Positions 12,281-25,339 are shown, counted from the first letter of the whole stretch. The stretch is DNA of 63,096 nt, filler included, from Octopus bimaculoides (GCF_001194135.2; 5 parts of 4 records of this genome joined end to end with filler, not necessarily neighbours in it), one strand, 5' to 3'. Notes: generated by a model not told the origin, from the letters alone. Translations and numbers: made by a program.

Positions 12281-13242
12281 CTGACACATATACACCTCCA
12301 GACGCACAATACACACACACACACACACACACATACACACACAGCACAACAAACACATACACACACAGGTTGTCATGCGAGAGAGAATTTGAGAAATTGT
12401 AGAATCACTAGCAATGTACTCCTTCCAAAGTGAAATAAATATCATCTGATAATTTTTTTTAAATGGATTTAAATGTGAACAACCATAATTTGCATGCTCG
12501 GTTGGTACAGTAATCCAACAGGAGTTCATAGCATGACATATATTATCTCACAAACTGCCCTAACCAAAATAAACATGGCTGCCCTCTGACAAAAGGTGAG
12601 AAAAAGCTAGAAAAAGGCAACACAAGAAAATGAATCAAAGAGAAAGAGAAAGCTTGGTGGGGAGAGAAAGGAACTGGGTTTTTGAAACATTAGAATGGGA
12701 ATTAAGAATGGTTAGTTGTGTTAATTCGGTGAGAAATGATAATATTTGTATGACTGACTTTATGCCTAATCTATAGAAGTGTGTGTACTCCGCTTCGTTA
12801 AAGACTAGTCGATCTGCTTCCATCTTGTAAAATTCGTAAGATTACTAGTACATCTGGTCAGGGGAGCTTATAGATTTGAAAAGTTAAAAGTGCTATCAAG
12901 TATGCTAAGTTTAAAATCCCTGAACCACTATTTTAAGAGGGCAAACAGGTGCAGGCTTCATACATACGCACATACATAATATATTATATATATATAATAC
13001 ATACACACACTCACACATACAAATGCACACATAGAATACATACATATGTACCGATATACTGACAGATGATATTTATCTCACTTTGGAAGGAGTACATTGC
13101 TAGTGATTCTACAATGTCTCAAATTCGCTCTCGCATGACAACCTGTGTGTGGATGTATTTGTTGTGCTGTGTGTGTAGGAGTGTGTGTGTGTGTGTGTAT
13201 GTGTGTGTGTGTGTTGTGCGTCTGGAGGTGTAGATGTGTCAG
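12281..13242. mobile_element. Non-autonomous TIR (foldback) element with ~170-180 bp TIRs and TA duplication
   Basis: TA|CTGACACATATACACCTCCAGACGCACAA.. (12281-12448) is the near-perfect reverse complement of 13062-13242 (..TTGTGCGTCTGGAGGTGTAGATGTGTCAG|TA). Confidence 0.85.
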
Positions 13243-13683
13243 TATACTTTTAACTTAACTTTTATATTATACGTTTTTTTGTGTTTATTTTAATTTTTTT
13301 TTATCCTGTCCTAATGTACACGTTTTTAATATAATACATGTAAATTTATAACTTCATCATACCGTATATATTTACCCATTATATGTTATAGCATAATGTA
13401 CGTTTATATATTGTAATGTTTTAACTTGATTTGTCATATTTTTATACAACTGTGAAATCATTCATGTTTATAAATATTTTTTTAATAAATATTTTGAGCA
13501 TTCATGATATTTCTAAAGTTTTTATTGTTGTATTTGCCTGTCTTTTTACCGTACCGTTTAGACACTTTAGAGACTGAATACTATAAATTTACTTGATTCT
13601 TGAAGGAATTGAACACACATATTATATCTTGCGTTGGACATATGGTATTNNNNNNNNNNNNNNNNNNNNNNNNNNTATATATA

Positions 13684-14937
13684 TAATGTGATGAGAGTCA
13701 CGACGCTCCCTTGCGAGAAAGAGACTGGACAGAGCAATTGTAAATAGTACCGGAGGAAGTAAATTTGGTGTATTAGTTCGAGACGAGTTCGTAGTGAAGT
13801 CAGGTGTCGATTGGTTAGTTCGTTTGGAATATAAATTGTTGGTTCTCGAAGAGATTGTTGGATCGTTACGTGGTTATCACGACTGCATCGTTTTCTTGTT
13901 TACTATTACTAAACTGGAACAGTGTATCTAAACCATCCATCACAATATCCTGGTGGTACCACACGTCTGGAGACGGAGAATACAACATCTTGCGACTAGG
14001 GTCTTGAAGCTCGCGTAGGTTATTTAACAATTTGCTCGTAATACAACTTGTTAAATGATAGAAGGCCTATTAGGTTCTGTAATACTGTTGCAAAAGCAAC
14101 AAGAAGAACAATAACAGGAGTTGCAGAAGCAACTAGTTCAGCAACAACTGCAACAACAATAATTATTTGAACTATTCGCAAAGAAGTTTGAAAGTTTCTT
14201 TTCGCCAGACTGCGTATCGAATTCCATAACATAATTCGGTTATAACCCAGGGGAGAGTATACATTTTCAATCGTACTACAGAAGGTATGAGGAGATTTTT
14301 AGGGAAGATTGCAAAACATGGTCGGACGAAGAAAATGTAAGGTTATTATTACGTAAATTAGCTCCGTCTCGGCATGAAAACTACTGTAATTTCATATTTC
14401 CCAAAAAGACAAGTGAAATTTATTTTCAGACGACAAACACGCTACTGCCTAACATGTCTGGTAATCAACTTCTCTATTAACACTGAAATGGATTGTTGGA
14501 ATTTAACTAAAAAAGAGGATGATGACTTTATTACATATGCAGGAAGAGTCAACAGAATGTGTGAAATTTTAAACTTAATACAAAATATAATAAATTTCAC
14601 TTCTTACGGAGGTCGAAATCTCAAAACGGGAGATGTTGTGATGAGAGTCACGACGCCTCCTTGCGATAAAGAGACTGGACTAGCGATTATAAATAGTAGC
14701 GGTCGGAGTAAAATTTGTGTTAGTTCGAGTTGAGTTCACAGTGAAGTCGGAAGGTGTCGGTTGATCAATTCATTTGCAATATTGATTGTTGGTTCATGAA
14801 GAGATTGTGGGATCGTTACGTTGCTATTACTGCTGCACCGTTATCTTGTTTACTGTTATTACGCTGGTGCGGTGTATCTAAACCATCCGTCAAAATATCA
14901 TGGCGGTAACACACATCTGGACATGAAGGATACAACA
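13684..14937 (+). mobile_element. Internally deleted Gypsy LTR retrotransposon with both LTRs (~304 bp each)
   Basis: LTRs at 13684-13987 and 14634-14937 (3' LTR TGTTGT..ACAACA). Degenerate PBS TCTTGCGACTAGG follows the 5' LTR; purine tract AAAACGGGAGA precedes the 3' LTR. Interior encodes a gag fragment FSPDCVSNSIT*..YYRRYEEIFREDCKTWSDEENVRLLLRKL. Confidence 0.88.
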
Positions 14938-16263
14938 ATATATANNNNNNNNNNNNNNNNNNNNNNNNNNNNNNNNNNNNNNNNNNNNNNNNNNNNNNNN
15001 NNNNNNNNNNNNNNNNNNNNNNNNNNNNNNNNNNNNNNNNNNNNNNNNNNNNNNNNNNNNNNNNNNNNNNNNNNNNNNNNNNNNNNNNNNNNNNNNNNNN
15101 NNNNNNNNNNNNNNNNNNNNNNNNNNNNNNNNNNNNNNNNNNNNNNNNNNNNNNNATGTATGTGTGTGTGTGTGTGTGTATATATAGGTATGCATAAATA
15201 CATACATACATACACACATACATACATACATACATACATACATACATACATACATACATACATACATGTGTCTACCTTGGATCCTTCGTTGTTTTCGGTG
15301 GTCTTCAGTGCAGCTACGTGTTTCTAAGACTCATTATTACATGAAGGTTGTACCATTTCCCAAAACACCCTTTGTTCAGCAGCTCTTGTTCGCAATGAAT
15401 TTACATTTTGTTTGCTCTTAGGAAGAGTGCGTGCATCATCCACATATTTCCAAAGTGAAGACATCATGTTTTGTGACTGGGTGGTCTTGAGTCCTTCGAG
15501 ACAGTTCTTTCTAGCCCTCAGGTGAGCGAAATGAGTCCCGCTTCCATAAGAATTGAGTGAGCTAATGTAAGACTGACATGGCCTTCTGTTTTTTCAGAAC
15601 ATTTGTCTTTGCAAGTTCTGTTTCTTTCTTTTTTATGTCGCCAACTTGGACCAACTTGGACCAACTTCAGTTTGCCTGCTTGCTTGTGCCTTCATTTTCT
15701 TCTTTGTCTTCTTTTGTCTCGTCTGGTGGATCTTTGATTTGCTGCTGTTGTTCTCTTTGGACTCAAAGTTGTGGTGTTTGTTTTGCTCACATAGCATCAC
15801 CCTGACCCTTCTTGAATTGTTCTTCCTCCTTTTCGTTTTGCTTGCTCTTATAAGATTTTGTCTCCACGTACGGTTGACTCAAGGCATAAGATTGAAGGAA
15901 CTCATTCTTGTTCCTTTCGGTTTGATCCATTATTTTTCGGTGAAAACCGAAGCTCTGCAGCGTCTTTCCATGGGAGGAGAATTGTTTTTATTTATTCATA
16001 CTTCCAGTTTCTCTCTATTTTGAAGGTAATGCGGTCTTTGGCGCAGTTGGCTTTGCTGAGATGGCAGTGAGAGGTAGAGACAGATATATAAAGAGGGAAA
16101 GAATAGAGAAAGGGGGCAGAGGGAGGGGTCGATGGAGGGGGTTGAGAGAGGGGAGAGAGAAAGAGGGGTTACAGAGAGGGCGTAGAGGGAGAGAGAGGCA
16201 TGGAAATGTAGTCAGAAAAGTAGAGAAAGGAGAAACAGAAACGTTAGTGGCGATGAAAAAACT

Positions 16264-16359
<96 letters not shown>

Positions 16360-16929
16360 AAGAAAAGGACGGATAGGAGAAAGGAACTCAGATGCAGGAA
16401 ATTCTGGAATCTGAATTTCGTTTATATTTTGATAACGAATCACGTAAGTCAAGATCGTCAAAGCTAGGTAAATAGGCCTTCAAGTGTAAAGAATTTTATA
16501 ATATTTTGTTTTAATATTGTTACTCTCAAAGTAAGAAGGACAAAAGTTATTATTATTCTGCCTTCATCGATATATCGATAATTTTATTTATCATCAAGCA
16601 TCTAGGTATTATCATTGTCTGTGTTTTGTTCATATCTCTCATTTCATCTTTTTCTCCATGGCTTTGTCTTTTTCTTTTACACTACTTCATACATATTCAT
16701 ACTGACATCAATCCCTCTATTTCTCCATTTCCCTTTATACGAGTATCTATTTATCTGTTTCTCCCATCCCCACATTTCTGTTTTCTTATTTTCCTTTTTT
16801 CTCTCCCTCTCTATTTTCTCCCTGTTTCTCATACCTCTGCTTATCATGAAACGTTTTGTAAATATTTCCATATTCTTCAAATAGGTAGGACAATTTCCGT
16901 TTTTCTGTCTCTCTCCCATTTCTTTGTGT

Positions 16930-17900
16930 AGGTTCGTAAGGTAGGTAGTTGCAGAACTTTTGATGGAGTGTATTTACTTCTATTTCTAAATAATGATTTG
17001 TCCTCGTTCTATTTGTCGTATAGTTCGTCGGTGAGTCGTTATTTTCTACAGAAATCTGCAACAGCTTCTATCATTTCGTTGTAGTTTGAACGTTGGGGGT
17101 GGGTTTAAGTTGGAGCCCTTTGGAGAGTTTGTTGATTTCGTCTGGCGTTAATTATCTGTGTGGTAGATTGATGACTTTTATCACTTTTGGTTTCTTCTAT
17201 ATGTTTGATGCTATCTCATATGCCTGGTACCATATCTTATCCTTGTGTCTGATTAAGGTGGTTGAGACAGGAGCTGTTATCTGGTTGTCCCCTGTCATTG
17301 TGTAGTTCCCTCTCACCGTGGTTTACGGTGCGGGTTCTTGGATGGGGGTTGAACAGTGTGTCCTTATATTTCATGTACCAGTGTGGTGATTTAGAGGGCC
17401 GTCTTCCGTAATTATTTCGTGTAGTTAGATTTCTTGTGCATGGTCTTGAATTGTTTTTTTTTGTCTTTTTTTTGGTAGGGGAGATGGTACTGTTTTTTGG
17501 GTTTTTTTTTTTTTTTTTTGATGTGTGTGAACCTGTGTTTCATTGTTCTGATTTTTTCATCTTTAGGGAAGTATTGTAGGAAGTGTATTCTGTTTCAGAG
17601 TTTCATAGTTAAAAACTACGTGGCGCTTTTTTCTCAACGTTGAAGGGATTTCAGTTCTTCTTTGTCACAATCCTTTTACCATAGTTTTGAGATTTTCTCT
17701 AGGTTGGGGCCTTGAGTCATTTTGTTAATTTCTTGGTTGATCTCTTCATCGACGCATCTTACTTATCTTCATTCGTCTGAGTCCTCAAGATTAGAATTTC
17801 TATTTCGATCTTCCTTTTTTCCAGTGTCATTCTTTCCCTAAAGCATCTTTATGCTTCGGATTCACCTATAATGGCTTTGATCTAGAGTTTGCGGGGGGGG
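16930..17900 (-). mobile_element. Penelope-like element, decayed N-terminal ORF region
   Basis: Minus frames give VINLPHR*LTPDEINKLSKGLQLKPTP and DFCRK*RLTELY..DKSLFRNRSKYTP, matching the VINLS..LLSKGLKFxPTP..RKLRL motif of Penelope ORFs. Confidence 0.7.
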
Positions 17901-18184
17901 GGAGAATTAACGATGTCAGATTGAGCCATTTTTCGTATGAATCCACTTTGTTGCTGCTTTGGATCATGTTGCAAAAGGCGAACTTTCTATCTCTGAGTGA
18001 CTTGTNNNNNNNNNNNNNNNNNNNNNNNNNNNNNNNNNNNNNNNNNNNNNNNNNNNNNNNNNNNNNNNNNNNNNNNNNNNNNNNNNNNNNNNNNNNNNNN
18101 NNNNNNNNNNNNNNNNNNNNNNNNNNNNNNNNNNNNNNNNNNNNNNNNNNNNNNNNNNNNNNNNNNNNNNNNNNNNNNNNNNNN

Positions 18185-18682
18185 AAATCACCAAAATAAA
18201 CTGATAATAGCTACAGAAATCAACCGTCCGAAGATTTGACTGTTATTTCCAGCAGGTAGTCATACTTAGTATGCCCTTTGATTAATTTTAATCCTTCCTT
18301 TATTTAATGCGTTTCGGGAGCCTGATATCACCTATAATATTGATTCCGTTATTATCTTTTTTTTAAATCGTTACACTAGACAATAACAGAGTCAATAGTA
18401 TCTTCGCAAGTTATTTTGGGGTGAATTACTTTTTTTTTTCCGTATTGAAAATATTTTCACACTGGTGGCTACTATGAATTTGGCGCAAAACGAATCAGTT
18501 GCAGCACAGACTTCAACACGACGGGTTGGGGATCTCTATCATGGTAACACGTGCTGAGGAAGCTGAGGCTATTTGCCAGTCCAGGAACTAATTCACGTGA
18601 GTCCAAATACTTGAATGTATGCTGGGATATTCTTAGCCCTTTTGCCTTCGGACGGTTGATTTGTATAGTTATTTTGGCGATT
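18185..18682. mobile_element. MITE-like element bounded by inverted repeats
   Basis: AAATCAACCGTCCGAAG (18217-18233) is the perfect reverse complement of 18646-18662; the match extends with an indel to AAATCACCAAAATAA at the gap edge. A ~60 bp direct repeat also occurs at ~18236-18298 and ~18694-18756. Confidence 0.55.
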
Positions 18683-19020
18683 TAGATAAGAATTTTGACT
18701 GTTATTTCTAGCAATTAGACATGCTTAGTATGTCCTGTGATTACTTTTAATCCTTCAGCTATATATATATAATTAGATTTAAGAAAGAATATGAGATAAA
18801 CTAATTTTCCTCAGATTCAATGTTGCACTTAGAATTTCTCAAGAAATTCAGACTGACTTGGGACAAAAGATAAATATATAAGTGAAGAGAACCCAGATAA
18901 TTCAGTCCACAAACAATAATCCAACTCGTTTTCATCAATAAGAGTTGACATAGAAGAATCACCAGAAGCACATACTTAATTATTATACAGAATATATTAA
19001 AATACATAGATACATTAAAA

Positions 19021-19408
19021 AGTGTGTGGTAAGAAGCTTACTTCCAAACGACGTGGTTCCGAGTTCAGTCCCACTGCGTGGCACCTTGGGAAATTGCCTT
19101 CTACTCTAGCCTCGGGCCTACCAAAGCCTTGAAAGTGGATTTGGTAGACAGTAACTGAAAGAAGCCCGTCGTACATATATATGTATGTGTGTATGCGTGT
19201 GTGTATGTTTCTGTTTCGGTGTTTGTTCTCCCACCATCGCTTGACAATTGATGTTGGTGTGTTTACATCCCAGAAAGTTAGCGGTTCGACGAAGAAACGA
19301 TAGAATAAGTTCTAGGCTTAGAAAGCATAAGTCCTGGAATCGATTTGATCGACTAAAGGCGATGCTCCAGCATGGCCACTATCAAAGAACTGAAGCAAAT
19401 AAAGAATA
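19021..19408 (+). mobile_element. Near full-length tRNA-derived SINE (family A)
   Basis: Pol III box A/B-like head (TGTGTGGTAAGAAG..GGTTCCGAGTTCAGTCCC), internal (TA/TG)n and family A tail. Confidence 0.9.
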
Positions 19409-19542
19409 TAGATATAGTAAAAACATATAAATATATAAATATATTAAAATATATAGGGTAATTGATACATTTAAAAATATAGAGATGTGAACATTGATAT
19501 ATAAATATATTAAAATATATAGATGATGTATAAGTAAATATA

Positions 19543-19669
19543 CAGGGTGTCCACAAAGTCTGGCTACATGGAGTAAATAAAATCATAACATAAACAATTA
19601 AATATAAGAAATAATAATTTATTAAAGTATGTGTTAATCCTCATGTACCCAGACTTTGTGGACACCCTG
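19543..19669. mobile_element. 127-bp Tc1/mariner-type MITE
   Basis: Perfect 21-bp TIRs CAGGGTGTCCACAAAGTCTGG / CCAGACTTTGTGGACACCCTG, extending to ~28 bp with one mismatch; TA on the left flank, AA on the right. Confidence 0.9.
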
Positions 19670-20160
19670 AATATAGAAATGTGGTCCGACTCACAGAATG
19701 AAAATGAAATTAATCAAAAGAGATGAAAGATAAAAATCAGGGAAGAAAGTAACGAGGAAAATGTTAAGTGCCCTACGACCGTTTTGGGGGGTTGATTGCT
19801 CGTAAAAATAAAGGGTATATATACCCAATGTTGAGCAACGCCTCCTTCTTCAGGGTTAATAGTAGCTGTGAAAGTTCACATTTAGTAGTTGCTGAAATGA
19901 TACAAAGAATTTTAGTAATTTTATAGATCATTAATTCATAGAGGTAGAAGACAGAGAAGGTAATATATTTTTTATAAAATGAATTAGTGATTAGAAAAAT
20001 AATGAGAGTTAGTTTAACCAAGAACCTGAATCACGAGAGTGCGAAAATTTTGTATAATACGTATGTTTTCATGAGTAAACTACGCCCGTAAGTTTGATAA
20101 TAATGGATGGAGGAAAAATAAGGGATTCATTAATGCATAATTTACATTTGCCCAATTTTG

Positions 20161-22260
20161 TGTTATAAGAGAAGTTCTCGTTACAACAGACCATGCCAGT
20201 GTATATTGTATGTTTTTTGACTTAAGATAATGAATGTGCTTAACTAGCGTGGTTGAAGTTTTATAATTAGGATTTTTGAAAGACTTTAAATGTGCGCAAT
20301 ACTTACGTTTGCATTCTGTGGTGCTATCAATATAGGTCTTTACTTGTGCTACAACTATTGCTACACAGCATTAGTATATAACATTTTTACAAACACAACA
20401 TTTCGCCAGGAGATAAGATTCGGGATTTTGATAGTTTCAGTTTTTTCTTTTACTAATTTGGTGTATGGTCTTCAGTTTCGGTGGAATTAGGGGTAATAGG
20501 TTATTTGCTAATTTTACTTTTAGTTCAGTGCCGTGGATGTAGTATATTTTATCATGGAAGCCACTTAGTTTTAAAGCATGTTTATAATATGTAGCGTGCC
20601 TATTCAATATGAAAGAGCAACAGTAACTACAACTGTACAAACAAGAGCAGCTACAATTCAGCAGAGCAACAAAAACAACAATTACTATTACAGCAACAAC
20701 TGCTGCTATGAATAATGTGTAAGTCGTCAGTAAATGCTGAAAAAAATGTTCTCGCCAGATTATGTTGCGAACTCGATAACAAAGTTTAAGCTCGAACCAG
20801 ATGAAGGATCTACCTCCGGAGCTTACTATAGAAGATACGAACAAATCTTCAATAATGAGTGCAAAAATTGGGACGACGATATAAAAACGCGTTTAATCTT
20901 AAGAAAACTGGCAGCAGAACATGAGCGTTACAACAATTACGTACTACTAAGTAAACATTCTGGCATAAAATTTAAAGCTACAATGGACATATCGTGTGAA
21001 ATGTTTAGCAAGGAAAGCTCGTTGTTCGATACAGATTGGAAATGCTTGAACCTAGAACAGAAAAAAAGAAAAGGACTACATCACATATGCTGGTAGATTT
21101 AAGGGGGAATGTGAAAAGTATAAGCTGGACAAACTAACGCCAGGTATGTTGAAATGCCTGATGTTTACTCAGGGACTAACCTCAGAGACAGACGTAGAAG
21201 TAAGAACAAGAATTCTCGCTAAGCTGGAACAAAACCAAGTTGTAACCTTACAAGTGTTAGAAGAGTGAAAGAATAGTAAATTTAAGACACTACACAGAGA
21301 AAAATTAACATAAAGAGTGCCTCCAAATGAAAGAAATGCAAAGCAGCAAGAATAGAAATCGAGTTTGTTCTAAACTATAGTACAAACAAGACAACAATCA
21401 GGAAATGAACCTATTTTTTACACGTGGAGGTCTACACCTGGGGCAAAACTGTCAATTTAAGAAAGCGTAATGCTTCCGTTGTGGAAAAATTGGACACATA
21501 AAAGCATACTTTAAAACAACTTGACCAAACATTGGAACAAAGAAGAAAAAAACAGGATGTCGTCGAAAGAAAATGATAATATAACAATCAAAAAATTCGT
21601 TAGTATAAACATTTTAAATATCAGAGTAAAAATACAGTTAGACACTGGAAGTGATATTATCATTGCAAATGGTGAAAGCTGGAAATATGTCGGTCAGTCG
21701 AAATTAATTAAATCTACAAAAGTTGCACATGATTATATTTAGTCAGTGAATTTGTGTGTAATGTGACATTTCGTAATCAAATGGAAACGGCAAAAATATA
21801 TGTGCTAATAAATTTAGTTAATCTATTCGGCACAGATTGCATGGAACTATTCAAATTGTGGAATACGCCCATAGATGTTGTGTGGGAATAGAGCCAGTTC
21901 AGTCGAAGATTCGAATGTCACTGAGGGAATGAAATAAAAGACGAACCATTTATTTCCACATGTTTTCCGGGAGGAACTGGGCTGTTGCACGAAAAGGGAG
22001 GCAAAATTGCAGTACAACAAAGTGCAACACCTGTATTTAAGCCAAACCAGAATGTATCGTTCGTGGCAATAGACCAGGTAAACAAGGAACTTGAAAGACT
22101 TGAAAGCCTAAGAATAATCGAGAAGACGGATCACTCAGACTGGGCTGCACCTACGGCCCACATAAAAAAGAAAAATAACAAGTTAAGAATTGGTGTAGAG
22201 TTTTTCAACAGGTTTGAATTTTTGATTAACCTCACATAACTAGTCATTGTGAAGGTATTA
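20161..22260 (+). mobile_element. Gypsy LTR retrotransposon remnant (putative 5' LTR, gag, zinc knuckle, protease, start of RT)
   Basis: Putative LTR 20161-20400 (TGTTAT..ACAACA) plus degenerate PBS. gag YYRRYEQIFNNECKNWDDDIKTRLILRKL; knuckle CFRCGKIGHIKAY; protease IQLDTGSDII; RT N-terminus KELERLESLRIIEKTDHSDWAAP..KKKNNKLR. Confidence 0.9.
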
Positions 22261-22318
22261 GTGCCAACGCACAAAACTCTCGGATCTATACTCATTCTGT
22301 GGCTTCTGCTAAGTATTA

Positions 22319-22387
<69 letters not shown>

Positions 22388-22769
22388 CGCACACACGTAT
22401 ACACACACATACATATATACATATATATAAAACAAAGGCTATCTATGTATATAATATGTATACATTTCTACATTTTTCAACCGACTTTCTCCCTTTTCTC
22501 ATTCTCTCTTTCACTTGCTTATATATATTCTCTCACACCCTCTGTAATAATTCCCCTCTTTTAGTCTGTTTTTTCCTTTGTACGTTCCTTCCTTTCATCC
22601 TTCTCTCTTTGTTCTTCGATTCTTTCTTCCTCCCTCCCTCCCTCTTTCTTTCTTTCTGTTCGACTAAAGGCCTGTGGTTCAGCATGGCCACAGTCAAATG
22701 ACTGAAACAAGTAAGAGAATAAAAAGCAATGCTATTTTAATCCCAAGCAACGCCTAGTATCTCTGCGAG

Positions 22770-22889
<120 letters not shown>

Positions 22890-23419
22890 TGTGTATCCCG
22901 AAATTATGTAAATGTGTATAGAATAATATATCAGTTGAATAAAGTTAAAACAAGGTCTAGTTTTCACGTTCTCTATTATGGTATTTAAAAAAAATAATTA
23001 ATTTTTTACAATGTTGAAGTGGGTTAAACAGTAAAAAACATCTTGTAACCTTCAAAACGTTCTATTAGCGCTTCATACGTTCCTAGTAATCATCAGATTT
23101 CAAAATGTATTTAACGGACAGCTGAGTGCTTGACAACTGTAGTAAAATGACTGACTTTTTTATTTTTATACCTACTAGAATGCTCGAACAGGCTGAAGTT
23201 TTGGGAATACGGTTTTGAGCAACCCACGTCCAGCTTAAACATCACGGTTTGCCGGGCGTACTGATATTACTGGCCTTTATTTTGACCAATTAGCTTGCGT
23301 CTTGCTTATAATGGTTTCATAAGTGAGCAAACTTAGTTGGTTTTGATCGTTTTAATTTGAATTGGTGTGAGCCTTCTGTAATTTGTTATATATGAATATA
23401 AAAAAATTACGTTAAAGAT

Positions 23420-23800
23420 ATTTTTTAATCCACATCATTAACTGGGTTTTACATTATTGTTTTTATTTCCGGTCAGAGAAGGCTTCAGCATTTTAATAAA
23501 CAACATTTCTTTTATCTTTCTTCCAACTTCATTTGTATCATGTAGTTTGGGTAAAGGAAAAAATTTAGAAACATTTTCTGAACACATGTTTCTGTATGTT
23601 CGCTCAATTGAATTTGACAAACATTAGCGTTCTAGATTTGTTGTCTGTGGACTTGTAAGCGTTCCTATAATGCATTCCGTCTCTTGCGATTATATAGTTC
23701 TTCGCAATTCGGGCATTTAATACAGTAGGTCAAATTTCTGCTTGTGTAGTTCATATCTGCATTTGCGAAAATCTTGATTTTTTTTGTTCTAATGGATTTA
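23420..23800 (-). mobile_element. Penelope GIY-YIG endonuclease remnant
   Basis: Minus frames give KCPNCEELY..ERLQVHRQQI..LSEH and RKIKEMLFIKMLKPSL, typical of the C-terminal GIY-YIG domain of Penelope-like elements. Confidence 0.75.
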
Positions 23801-23885
23801 GCAGAATGTATGTATTGATACGTTCCACATCTGTTATCATTATACTCGGATATTGTGAATGTTTTATATATAATATATATATATT

Positions 23886-23958
<73 letters not shown>

Positions 23959-24058
23959 NNNNNNNNNNNNNNNNNNNNNNNNNNNNNNNNNNNNNNNNNN
24001 NNTTAATTAATTAANNNNNNNNNNNNNNNNNNNNNNNNNNNNNNNNNNNNNNNNNNNN

Positions 24059-24242
24059 TAAAAATATATAGTTTTAGGGAAAAGAACCAAGTTTCAAGAA
24101 CTATCTTTATCTTATATTTACTTTGTATTATATTATACTTATTTATTGTGCTTTTAATTATTAATTTTTCTATATGTGACAGTGGATTTTCATCGATGAG
24201 TTCTTGAAACTTGGTTCTTTTCCCTAAAACTATATATTTTTA
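24059..24242. repeat. Foldback with perfect 44-bp inverted arms
   Basis: 24059-24102 (TAAAAATATATAGTTTTAGGGAAAAGAACCAAGTTTCAAGAACT) is the exact reverse complement of 24199-24242. Confidence 0.9.
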
Positions 24243-24551
24243 TATATATTATAATCTCTAAAGCTCAATTTAATTTTAATTTTTTATAAATTGATTTTAA
24301 TTGAGTTTTTACCTGTAATTTTGGATTTTGTCCCTAATATTATTATTATATATAGTTATGAATAAAAGAACACATACAGTACTCAATTATTTTTATCAAA
24401 AAATTAAAACTCATGTTAAAAATATTATTATGATTGCTGACATTGAAAATATCGAAAATGAGGCTAACTAATTTAATGTGCTGATAATTTTAATGAATTA
24501 AGTATTATAACATTGATGTGGTACTTACTGGATACTTACTTTTGGACCCTG

Positions 24552-24587
<36 letters not shown>

Positions 24588-25059
24588 AAGTTGGATAAGG
24601 CTGGTGTATGGAATTTAGAATGATATTGTAGGGAAGGTGTGAGAGGCAGGACCTGGCTGGTTTGAATATAAACCAGGTAGAATATTTGAGTCAGCTATGG
24701 TGAGTTTAAATACTGAAAGTATCAAGTAATCGGTGACTTCCCAGCCATTTTTTCCTGTTGGCATTGAGCTAATATGTAACCTCACTGAGAGAGTCTATTG
24801 ACATCATCAGCTTCGGTCCATTTCGACTCTGATTAATCAATAACAATATAGAAATACGTACATTTCAAGATGATTGTTTGTTTTTCTTTTAATGTGTCTG
24901 CGGAGTGGTGTTTATTGGTGCTTAATGTTATTGATCGCTGAAAGGATGAAAGGCATAGGTGACCTTAATGACATCCGACTTCACAATAGAAAGAAGCAGA
25001 AGAATGGCTGCAAGGCATTTTCCACAATGCTCTAGATGTTCTGCTAATGTGCCATCATC

Positions 25060-25330
25060 ATCACCATCATCTTCACCATCTAACGTCCATCAGTCGTGCT
25101 GGCATGGGTGGGTTGGCTGGTTGGTTTGATTGAGCTGGCAGACCAGGGAGCTGCACCAGGCACCAATTGTCTGTTTTGGCATGGTTTTTATGGCCAGATG
25201 CCCTTCCTAATGCCAACCACCTTACAGAGTGTACTGGGCGCTTTTTATGCAGTGCCTGCACAGGAACGTTTTATGTGGCACCAGTGTGGGTGCTTTATAT
25301 GTGGCCCCAGACCGTAAAAAACACCTTTTT
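25060..25330 (-). mobile_element. Interspersed retro-repeat with (GAT)n tail, diverged copy
   Basis: GATGCCCTTCCTAATGCCAACCAC..AGAGTGTA motif in reverse orientation; related to 25340-25555 and 57855-58088. Confidence 0.75.
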
Positions 25331-25339
25331 GAGCATGGC

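Noticed and set aside
18545-18600. CACGTG-CTGAGGA..GAAC..CACGTG
   Set aside because: The flanks pair, but GAAA is absent and helix II and III do not form.
23045-23105. CTGATGA on the minus strand downstream of the Penelope GIY-YIG remnant
   Set aside because: The position suits a pLTR hammerhead, but GAAA is broken and helix I does not pair; at best a dead relic.
24003-24014. TTAATTAATTAA embedded in N runs (also 41694-41705, 52543-52554, 58133-58144)
   Set aside because: An identical 12-mer with stops in all six frames, centred in fixed-size gaps, is an assembly spacer and not biological sequence.
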